From the NCBI RefSeq assembly GCF_000150275.1, contig NW_002060965.1, positions 186,001-250,000 of the forward strand: a stretch of 64,000 nucleotides of DNA. The letters run 5' to 3'. The position numbers and the translations under genes were made by a program. Positions 28,200-39,490 of this stretch are shown piece by piece. Source of the DNA: Trichoplax adhaerens (Eukaryota > Animalia > Placozoa). Below the pieces are notes generated by a model. That model made no database searches, had not been told where the DNA came from, and worked only from the letters and a program-made list of their open reading frames with translations. The first letter of the stretch is position 1, and every line of letters starts with the position of its first letter.

Positions 28200-31100
28200 A
28201 AGAATTTATCTTCCTCTGCTTGCTAAATACGATACAGCTGGAGAACGTCATTTTTAATTCCATTCGACCAATTAGCCATCACTGACAATACAAAGTTAAA
28301 CACTTGAATCATCGCAGAAAATATTCTACACAATCTAAATCGTTGGAGATTTCCATCATCCTTCTATTTCTGAATTTTCAAGCATACTTCAAACAGAGGA
28401 TAACTAATATGGATTTTGTGATTGAACATGACGAGTGACAAAACACATAAATGTAAGATTATTGTTACATCGTAGGGCGTCTAATTGGATAATTTAATTT
28501 TTCATAATTCACATATCGATATGAAATTAGAGACTAGCTAACTTCCTGGTGTTCATTTTTAACTTGCTTTGCGACTTGTTTATTATCTAATTTGACAACT
28601 ATCCTCTACTTAACACCGAGGTGCTTCAATGGGGCATGTCCTCTTTATTTTAAACGTAATGTTCAGCATATATTCGATCAGCTATTCGATTTCGAATGGA
28701 TGATTATCCATCAGGGATTTCGTACTTGATGGAAAAAAATTGAATTAATGTTTAGTTTATTTTGACTGGTAGAATACAGCCTAAAAGCGATATAAGATTT
28801 CCTATTGTAGCTGTAGTTTTGGGCACGATACTAACTAGGCTAGAGATACACAATGATTAGCCACTACTGTGGCGATAGGAAAATGGCGAATAATCTGAAA
28901 CTTAATCGGATGATACATCCAACCTCGAAGCAATTTCTACCTTTAATGTTTGCCTGGGAAGCTTGTAGTACATTCCTTCAGTGAACTTTCTAGCAAAGTA
29001 TGGAACAATGGCAGTTTGCTGTAGTAATTTTTAGCTTAACCAGGAGGTTCTAGAAGAAATATTTAAAAAAATTATCATTTGCTTTAATAATCATCTTCAA
29101 GATAAGTTCATGGCGTCTATTTCATCATCAGGCATGCTTTATCTAGTTGAATAATAAACTCGAAATGAGCAAATGTGCTTTAAAACCGAGATTGACGTAA
29201 AATATCTCAAAGCAGTTTGGTATTGCAACTAAAGTTATTCCAGAAAAAAATGAGCGCCTAGAAAGTAACAACCAGAAAAAGTTCATTCCTGTCCATAGGA
29301 AAGTGCTATAATTGTACTACAGTGCTACGCGTGTGTCAATCTATTTTAATTTATTGAATACGATTATTTCTTTCCATTAAAATCGATTACTCCTGCAATT
29401 AATACTCGTACAGTATAATAATTATTCCTGCGGTTAAGCTTTTACCTTTCCTTTTCTTTCTCTGTTTTTTTATGCTTATTATTTATAAGGGCTAAGATCC
29501 TATAATGGTGTAAAGCCAAATACGGCGTATTACCTTATATTGTCGGCAGGATTAACCAGCATTGCTAAAATAAGGGCATTCCGATACATTTTAATATTGT
29601 GTTTACGTGAGCGAATTTTATATCAACATCTTATTGTAAATTGCTGCTACTGTACTACCACATGGACCATTGGACATGATTGAAGGCAGGTTTCATATTG
29701 CCTACTTTGTATGATGTGATCGGGTAATACAGTTACTTTTATAGTGGATCATTTATTCCATTCAATAATTTTTAATGGATGATGATTTGATACCCCATAT
29801 TGCCAACTATATGTAAACTAGCTAATCGTACAGGATCAATTTCGATGTACAAGAACATAGATATATAGAATCCAGTAGATCAAAGGTAAAAGGAAATTCA
29901 TCCATTATTCTTTGGAAATGCCTTTGCCTCAATGTATTTTTAGCTAAGGCTAACGTATTCCTTGTGAGTACTATGCATACAATCAAACTTTGGAGACCAT
30001 CTTATACTTGGATATTTTATACAAATTAAACTATAGTGTATAGGTCGGCTATTCCCACTTTTGACGACTTGTTTTTGTACATCTGACTATATTACTTGTT
30101 GTATTATGGCCAATTAATCCGTGTTTATTTGTAAATGTTTAAAAGCATTGCACTAGTTGAATGGTTAGAGTGAAATAGTTTGTAGATGGCTTAGCCAAAG
30201 CCCTGGTCTTGAGATTGGATGCCTGATTTTGACCTCTATCCCTAGTCTAACTGTGTGACAAAGCGTTTTCTCGAGAATGCAACAAGAACTACAGTTTTCT
30301 GTAAACTTCACTTTATCACAGAGGATTTTGCTCGTCTGACAGCTACTAAGGACTATCTAATTGCAATTAGACCATATAATCTTAGTTCTAAGCTTATTTG
30401 GAACTACACAACAACAGGACATTTTGCTGTGCTGAATACGTCGTCGTACTCTGAGTAAATTGAACTTGGCCCTGCCTAGAAATAGACTTTTACTCAATTC
30501 ATTTTGAGCGGTGTGGTCTTTTCGTCATAGTAGTAGTAATATAGACTAAAAGTATAGCAGTAATATAAAATAAGACACTGTATGTGATCGAGAATAGTCA
30601 CTGTGCTTCATAAAGTAATCGTAGAAGATGAGCAGCTTGATATGAAACGGTATAGTTGTACTACTGTGTGTAGTTTACGTTAGAGATTTGCTTTATTTTA
30701 ATAACTCCCAATTTCGAGTTGGTGGATCGCGATCTAAAGGGTTTAAAACCCTATTCACGTTAGTATATTGGCTATCATTACTGTGAGATAGGATAGAGTT
30801 TTGCTAACTTTACCCAGCAGAAAAAATTTAATCAGATTAAAGTAAGCGAAATCTTACAATAATAGTATTTCTGATAATATGGAGCCTCTAATTGCATAGT
30901 TCTTACGGCATTTTCATATTTTTCTTTGCTCGCCACTTTGATGAAATCGTTCCAGCCAATGGTACAGTATAGTAGTACGATACAGTAGCAGGGACAACTT
31001 ACCTAAATTCTTCATCTCTTCCCAAAATTTGATGACATTAGTCAACTGATGTCGATTTTATTGACAATCAGTTGATATGGATGATTTTTTAAGAATAAAA

Positions 31101-31320
31101 TGACAAGATTTTGATTTTTTCTTCGACTTTACGTTATTCCGTGAATTAGTTTTATTTTAACGTGAACCATCTTTTAACGTAACAGTAGCCGATGGCGTTT
31201 TGTACCTTTGCTCAGCATCATCTACTCTTTGCAACTGCTCAACATTGCAAAGAGTCGACCAAAGCAATCCTTGCAGCGTTTGCTCACCTTTACCAGTAAA
31301 CAATTAAGTTTCATCATGGA
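28200..31320 (-). mobile_element. Heavily decayed Ty3/gypsy retrotransposon internal region (gag-RT-RNaseH-integrase)
   Basis: Minus-strand motifs in gypsy order. Gag: CCHC-spaced CHFILKKSSISTDC (31105-31064). RT: VVKSGNSRPIHYSL (~30068-30027) and FQRIMDEFPFTFDLLDSIYLCSCT...V...L...GIK....K (29917-29723). RNase H: IVPYFARKFT and SRL......VSDY....YR (~29010-28870). Integrase: HLGVK (~28623), HIDM...LDA (28523), IVSDG (28289-28275), NGIK (28264-28253). Confidence 0.6.
30254..30778. mobile_element. Candidate solo LTR (D) nested in the gypsy fossil
   Basis: Starts TGTGACAAAG. Flanks are AACTG/TACTG. Internal TATAAAA. Shares CTGTGTGTAGTT and AATTTCG...TTGGT with LTR C. The right terminus is degenerate. 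Confidence 0.45.
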
Positions 31321-31556
31321 ATTTTCATCCCGACAATCCCATATCATTAAAATGATTGCATTTATTTTAATTTAAGGGACGTAATTTAACCCAGTTTCCA
31401 TTTCTTGTTAGCACATTACTAAATTGAGTTTTGTTTTGCCCCGGACCGGACAGTGCTTTATGTATTTCTCATAAGTAAAGAACGGTAGCTACTAAAGTCT
31501 TTCAAGTTGAAACCTAAGCACTAGCATTGTTGCAATGAATACAAGACCATGTTTCC

Positions 31557-31810
31557 ATTTCGTTTGCATTTCTGTTTCAAAAAGGTATTCCTGCATATCA
31601 ACGATCTTGCTAAGTTAAAAGCGGAAATTCAAGGTTTAAACTAGTGATTCACAGATTGAACACCAACGTCGTTGCAATCTAGATACAACTCCCCGTGATT
31701 TAACCTTTCAATTTCGGGACCCCAGTTTCGTTTGCGAGCCTGTTTTGAACGGTATCCCTGCATATCGGCGATCTTGCGAATTGGAAAGTGGAGATTAATC
31801 GTTTTAATCC
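31557..31810. repeat. Two diverged ~85-bp direct repeats ~170 bp apart
   Basis: TTTCGTTTGC...GGTAT.CCTGCATATC..CGATCTTGC.AA occurs at ~31557 and ~31726. Confidence 0.7.
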
Positions 31811-33107
31811 AACAGGCAATACCGGCGGTATGCACTTGCACGTGTAAGTATAGTGCCTGATCGCTACAGTAGTTATCAAGAAAAAGAATTTCTTTGGTAG
31901 TGATCACCACCCGTGTATTCCTTAGTTGATTTGATTTGGGAAAACATAGGATCCTTGCTAATCAGTATTATCGTCATAATGAAATCCTACCGTTGATCAT
32001 GCCATAGATAGAAAAGAAAAATTCAATTGGCAGCCTCGTACTGTTGGACAAAAAATGTTCACAGTTTTGTATAACAATATCTATCTATATTTATATAAAT
32101 TGTCTTCCTGCTTGACTTACTGATTTTATTTTTATTTTTCTACGTCATATTTTGACAGCCAACCCTAAGTGTTAGCAATACAAAACCTGTAGGTGAAGAG
32201 GTTTCATTACTCTATACGGTATACGACATGTCATTATTGGCTCAATAGTTTGAGCGTGAATAAGTCATTCCTCCATGTCATAAAATGAACACATTGAACT
32301 ATTGTCAAACAACATTGCGTCTATTCTACTTTCATTTTTAATTATTGTTATAGCAGCGATAGAGTATCGGCCATTAAAAGAAATGTTGAAATGACTGTGG
32401 TTTATAAGAATCAAGTCGTGCAACGGATTTTGCTGTAGTTTTCCCCCGTTCAATAATACTTCCGTTCTTCGTTAGCTATTCTACATCATGTCTAGCTTGT
32501 CCATTCGCAATACCGCGCATTAATATGAAATAATTTTACCTGTACTGTAGCTACAGTTTAGACTTACGCCTTTTTGATAAGGACAGTGAATGGATTGATA
32601 TTGAAATGAATAACTAGTATTGTTGAATTATGGTCGTAATTCAATTAATTCATTCTCTTTTTAATGGATGCTCACTAGATTAGTTCCGATGTCCTTGCTC
32701 CGGATTTGGCTGAATCTATCCTGTTTAAAAATTGATCATTGACGAAGAGCCAAACTACCTATTTTCCATTAGCAAAATTGAAATTTTCTCCGCCGTTTTA
32801 CCTCACTAGAATAGTGATTGTAAAAAAAGTGCATTTGGACGCTTATTGTAACATTCGATTAAATGTAAGGGCTAGCCCCTGAATAAAAAGGTAATTGACT
32901 TTATAAATTGCATTCTATAGTTCATCGTGTATGATCCAATTACCATCATTACAATTCAATTATTTCTATTCTATTAATCGTTATTGCACGTATCGCCTGT
33001 TATTCATCATGATAACTTCTAGAGTAAAATTGACCCAGCATCTTGGTAGCAACTGATTGATTTGTGACGTGAAAATTATCCATATCAAGCTTTTTCCAAT
33101 TGCGAAA

Positions 33108-33138
33108 ATGGATAAAAATCCTGTGGTTAATGTTACAG
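33108..33138 (+). CDS. GPCR-4 exon 1 (MDKNPVVNVT + G)
   Basis: aaaATG at 33108, 10 codons plus 1 nt, donor AG|GTACTG. NVT sequon at the exon end, as NQT in the paralogs. Phase 1. Confidence 0.65.
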
Positions 33139-34722
33139 GTACTGACTACATTAGTTGCATTATTTTTAATTAAAAATTGTTGAAGAAGTAAATAATGTTC
33201 AAATTTCATTATTTGCTTTAATCTTAGTCTCCATTAGATAAATCAGTTATCTTTTGCCGCGAACAAATGCACCTATTGCTATACTCTCTTGTAGTTCATG
33301 TCTTTTAGCGATTACTTTTCTATCGGATTACATGTCCTAAGCATAGTACAGTACCACAAGAAATCCAGCCTTTTCATTAGATTGCTCGTTTGGTATCTAG
33401 AATTGCAATGATGACTATTTTACTAAGATGTAAACCACATTAGCCCTATCAGCAGCAAAATAAAAGCGAACTCCGTACTAAAAATGGCGATTATTTTGTA
33501 GTGGAATTTTTTTCTTAGTGTATTATTACTAGAGACCCTAAATAAATAAATTATTTTAGGATCTCTCGTGATCATTATTTTGATGGCACTCTTTATCAGA
33601 TACCAAGAAATTTTTGAAAGTTTCTGATATAGTTACTATTCGTCATGCTAATTGAAGACTGCTAAAGTAATCCTTTCAATAAATAACTAAAATAAATCAA
33701 AGTCCGAAAAATACCAAATTCCAAATAATGTCCCTAAAATAAGAACGTCGCCCGAGAATACATAGCCTAAAGCAGTATAAAATATTGGTAAAACTTGGCT
33801 ACATAAAAAGTCTTCGAGTATGGAGTAGTTAGATTGCGCTTTATGAAGATGATTGAACGATACTTTAACCCTGTTGTACCGTGTTATTATTATCAGAGAG
33901 GGTAAAATTGTAATATATATTATCACGCACATAGCCTATACTCGTATTTTTCCCATTGCTAAAACCTAGTTGTTACTGCTGTGATTGACTTTATTGCTTG
34001 ACAATTGATAAACTATGTATCCAAGTTGTATCCACAGATGTACTTAAAGTGTTCCAGTATCTATGGTCTACTTGGTGTCTTGATAAGGTTCCTACTTTTT
34101 GCTTGACGTTAGCTAGATTTTAATTTATAGTGAACTACTGCAACGCCTGTAATCAATATGATGTTAGGTTGCAATTGTAGTTCATTTTTACATGCCCAGA
34201 TTCTTATAACAATTATGGAAAGTTTGTAGCTATACCTAAGAGATATATCGTTTTGGGCTTGATGGCATTGCAGTCGTTATATTTCCATTAAAAATCGTAA
34301 TGCAGAATTCGTAGCAGTTTTTATGCCGGCATTGAAAAGAACTTTAACGCCATACACTAAATCTTTCATCATCGCGTTTTCTGGATAGCCAACTAGATGA
34401 AATACTGATAGCCAGTCTGATAACCCTGTACAGCTATTTTGGCTAGATTATAATTTGTCGTTATAACGGTAATGTGCAGTATATTTTAATAATAATATCG
34501 TCCAGATTCAGTGCTTGAGCCCCCAAAATAAGCGAACGCTTAGATTAATTATAGGCTAGCTGTAGAATTGCTATTAAGCAATTTTTGATTGGGTACATTA
34601 GGCCATAGATTCTGTGCACACTGTACAGTGTACAGTATTTATAAACCATGTCCTAATCTACTAGTAGATTCTAAAGTTTCAGTCGATGACTAATTTCGCC
34701 TTCCTTCTTCACCTAAATATAG

Positions 34723-35684
34723 CTATATTAACACCTGAATACTTCTTCAGTGGCACTTTAACAGTCTTAACTAACGTTGCTTTATTAATATTCATGACGT
34801 TTCGTCGTAAATTAAGAAGTAGCCAACATGCAATTACGATAAGTTCCCTTGTGACTGCTTTCCTTTTCGCTGCGATCTATATCTTTCCACGGTTTAGCTA
34901 CGCAATCAAGAGATTCAATGATACTCAAGTTCAACCAGATGATGTACGCTGTGGACTATTTTCACGCATTGGTTTGGCTTTATTTCTATCTCTAAGTTGC
35001 CATATATTGCTAAGAACTATACAAATGTATCTTATGATTTGTCATCCTTTTAAATCAGCCAATTGGTTGTTAAAACGGAATACATACATGGCATTGGTAT
35101 TGGTCTGGTCTATGACTATTGCAATACCATTAGGAACACAAATTTATTTTGAAATTTCTTATACCTACATTGGTCCACAAACATCGGATTTTTGTCGAAA
35201 TTCTTCTATTGAATTCCTAAGATACTGTAGTATTATTACAGCCATTTTTTCCATTCTAGTGTTATTCCTATTAACCATAACTTATGGCAGAATATTAATT
35301 ATAACAAATAGAACACGAGCTAGGATTCGCACAGTAAGTGTTACTACTTCATCGACTTCAGATAATCGTATGCCGAAACTCAAGCGTCGTAGTAAAGCCA
35401 TGAATCAAGTTTTAACCGTCTATATGCTATATTTTTTATTTTGGATTCCTTTCCTTATCATGGTTCTTTATACTCAATATAATCCTGATCTTCAAAGGGA
35501 AATTTGGCCTGATTCAACCTACGTTGCTTTACGTACAACTCAATATATTGCCTTTTTATTTCCGGCTATTCAACCCATACTTTTTGCAATATTTACATCA
35601 GATATTTATACTGAGATAGCTAAAACATGTCATTTTCATAGACGTAGTATAGCAAGTAAAAAATCTACTTTCAACGATTGTTAA
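34723..35684 (+). CDS. GPCR-4 exon 2: atypical class A-like 7TM receptor, subfamily B
   Basis: Branch-like TGACTAAT, a pyrimidine tract and AG at 34721-34722 lie at the position homologous to the paralog acceptors. Motifs VRCGLFSR, QMY..ICHP, FWIPF, QPILF. Confidence 0.88.
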
Positions 35685-37445
35685 CTGGGATCGACGTTAC
35701 TATACAAATTCGTCATTATCCACTCTTATTATGATAAATTTCAGTATTGACTTTAAATTTAAAAGATTTGCTCTTTGAATATTTTTTTCAGATGTTGTGG
35801 CTACTTTACTGCCAATTTGAATTTTAAACTGCCTTACGTATATAATATCATATTGGTAACGAATTCATCTATCAGCAGATATTGTGATGCTATCAATGCT
35901 TTATACCATTCTAGATCTAGTATGCCGTGGGATGCAATGGTAATTGTAAGCTGGAATTATTACATATTGCAATAATTGTAAACTTATGCAAGACATTGAA
36001 TTTCGGTTGCTTCCAATGATAAAGGTTTGTTTGATATTTGAATTGTATAATGTGTAACTCTCGCACATATACATACTTCTATTCACATTGAAGACAAATT
36101 TTTACCGTAATTTATATATAATCACCGATATGGGTGCAATTTTAATATACATAACTATCATTATTTTATATCATAATATTTCAATTACCATTGCGTTACC
36201 AGTTTATTTTTCTTAAATTTGTATCTCTATAAAATAAGATTTCTCTTGAACAACTGTTCAATTAATTATCAATAAAGATATTGCTGAGAAAGTAATTGTG
36301 ATGACTCATAGGATATACCTTAAAAGAGGCAATTTCACCTCATATTGAAACTTACTGTCAAGAACTTCAATTACTCAAAAGATTGGAATTGATAGTTACT
36401 ACGAGTGTGAACTTATTCCCCAATATTTATATTTTTATGGCTGGTCACCAGTTAGTAAATTCTTCTATCTAGCATCCTTGATTTCGCCGTCTAATATCCA
36501 ATTTTAATGGAAATAAATCTATTAGCTAATTATCAATAGAGTATTCAATTTTTACAACGCGCTCCACAACTTAATTAATACTGTGCAATGATGGTATAGG
36601 CAATGTGTTACCATCACACGAGAATACGGGTATACGTTGTTTATAATATTTTCCCTCTACGTCATTTAAGGAAATGAGTTATATGGAGTTGCTCTCATCA
36701 TGGAACATAAAAACTGACATTATAATAAGTTTCAAGAATTGTCCAAATCCTGTAATAAATAATAACAATTGAAATTTTAATCATATAGCAATTGTCAAAC
36801 GGCTATTCAACATTTTCTATCACCGAATTGAATAAATTCTTGATTGAATTTTTTTTTTAGATCTATAGAACCTTTTGTCTGCTGTATTGTGCTATATTAT
36901 TTTTCTCCTTAACAAAACTTCCAAGGCATCATTTAGCATTTCACTAAAGTTTGACTTTGATCTATGATCGAAACTACTCTAGTATAGAACATGTGATCTA
37001 TGTAACTCGAACGAAAATGAGCCTAGAAGTTAAGAAATGTAGTCTATATTTAGGTGATGATGTATCATGACTGCAATTTAATACATATCTAAAGAAGGCG
37101 AGGTATTCAATTTATCTACGAAAAACAGCAAGATTTTATTATTCATAGTCTCAAAGACCTTTGAATTTATTAATTAATTTTAACAGGATTTATGCTGTAT
37201 TGATGGTTATTGATCTCTAGCATAGTAATGAAAAGATAATCATTTTTACTTCTAAACATTTCTATTACGTATTGTTGAACTTGTGTCTATAGTCAACGAC
37301 AGATCCTCGTCTACTGGAAAAACAATCTTGTTGTTTTGCATCAACCCAAATATTCAAGCACAAATCCATCGTGAAACTTATTTCTAGGATCGACTAAAAC
37401 TGAAACTAGACCTACTACAAGGAAACTGCAATAATTATATACCGC

Positions 37446-37887
37446 TGTCACAAACCAGCTTCGTGACAAGGATAACGTAAAATAAATCTCTAAATTACTA
37501 TAGTCTCCGGGATTCAGTATCCCTTAACTACCTTACAAGAATTTAGACGCCTTTGCTTCTACGTTAAACTCAACTAGACAATTGAGAACTACTTTATTCA
37601 ACTATCTGACGGGCTTATATACCCTTCTACAGCAGCTAACATTCACGAGTCATCTTATAAAAATACTTAGGTGAGAACATCTACTAGGTAATTTTTCACA
37701 GTCGAAGTACAATATGTTCATTCACAGAATCATTTCAGTGCACATTGCAGCACAGCATTAAATTTACTGTAACACATTTATAATTAGAGTAGTTCCTACT
37801 GTAAGTAACTAGTTGTAATATATTATCACTGTATTATATTAAACAAATTTAGATGGTTATTTCTTCACTGTAGTTCGTACCGTGACA
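37446..37887 (-). mobile_element. Solo LTR, family B copy 1 (442 bp)
   Basis: TGTCAC...GTGACA inverted termini. TSD ACCGC/ACTGC (1 mismatch). Minus-strand TATATAA (37621-37615) and AATAAA (37598-37593). A close copy starts at 48637. Confidence 0.85.
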
Positions 37888-39490
37888 ACTGCATTCTTGT
37901 ATGGAAATATTAGATGAATCTGGTTACCATTAATTCAGTACTTTGGTTTGTTTTAAAGTTAATATTACTAGTTACATAAATTAATCATTTCAAACAAAAT
38001 AGCGTTGAATGATATCAGCTGTTCAAACTAACTTCAGATAAGTTTTACTTATTGAACACAAGGTTGTTTGTGTTTTTTATCCGGTGAATCCTAGGGGCTA
38101 ATTAATTACACTGCAGCCTGTGTAATTTAGCAATGTCGTAAATGCACCAAAAGTGTGAAATGCACTGATTAATATGGTATTATGTACACAACATAGGAAA
38201 GCATGATAAAAAATTATTTGCTTTCGTATTTATTATCTCTTGATAAACTACCCAATAATACAGGTCCGTTATATGACATCTCTAAATGAATTTGAAATTA
38301 TTAAAATACTCGTAAAGAAAAGAAAGCGAGCAGTTATTAACAATTTACGCTCTTGTTTGAAAAGGTCAAGCTTTAATTATTGATAGTCTATGGATAGTCA
38401 TCTACTCTCTTATTCTATCATTCTGTTACATAGGAAAAAATGATTTTAAATTGGTAAGATTTGCAGTTGCTAAGTATAATCAAAGAATAACATACCAGCT
38501 GAGATTTTTTCAGATAAATACGTTAATATAAAACAATCTTGATAGGCGTTACCGTAGAAAGTAAATTTGCACCGAATTAGACTAATGGAAGTATGGTATT
38601 AAAATATATAGAGAAATTTCTTACAAGCTTTAAAATCTCACTGTTAGATAGAGTATTAAGATTCTATTTAACTCTATGACTATTAAAACTTTGCCAAAAT
38701 AATAGGGCTACCCACTGTAAAATTAGTCAGCAATTGAATGACTATCATTACTAGCGAAAAACTCTTTTCCTGAACGGGAAAAATTCTCAAAAAGTATTGG
38801 ATAAAAATGTAATTTAAAATTATTTTAATAGAATATTAGACCCGTTAGTATTTTACTAATAGTTTTAGGCAGTAGCATTTATAGATCGGTATAGTTTAAA
38901 TAATCTAGTTGTGAGTACTTTCTGCAGTTTCTTTCTCACTTGCTAGCTCATTCATAATTATCTCTTCTTCTTTCGTATACGTCATCTTTGGAATAGAAAG
39001 ACTGATTGCTTCATTGATTTTATCCCTATCCCCTGTAGCAATAAATAAATGATTATTCTATCGTTTAATCTGAAAAATTGGATAGGTCATAAGTTGATAC
39101 TTTTCCCTTTAGTGAAGAAAAATTTCGACTATGGATTTATTACACATGATTCCGAATGTATGCTAGTGGAATTTATCGAATACTAGCATTTATTAATAGA
39201 CTGTAAATAAATATACTAATTACCGTAGTAACTGACTAACCGTTAAGGCTGGCTAGACTAATAGCATTTATCATATCTAAGGAGGCGATGGTGGCAAAGT
39301 ATAAAATCATATACTGTAGTATAGCTACTAATAAAAATTTTTATATCTATTACATTACCTGTTCTCATTTCTCGATAGTCTCTCGAAAGTAAACCGGCAT
39401 CTGCAATAAAAGGACAAAAATTTATTTTATCATTTATATTAGATAAGCTTAAATATTGTCTTAATTTATGTATTAGTTATAAAGGCAATC

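Noticed and set aside
28870-29010. Homeodomain-like reading (KVEIASRLDVS)
   Set aside because: No WFxNRR helix; it fits the RNase H position in the gypsy fossil.
34615-34634. Near-perfect 20-bp palindrome in the GPCR-4 intron
   Set aside because: Isolated and not seen in paralog introns.
34686-34722. ATG at 34686 as the GPCR-4 start
   Set aside because: It overlaps a branch point, pyrimidine tract and AG at the conserved acceptor position, so it is probably intronic.
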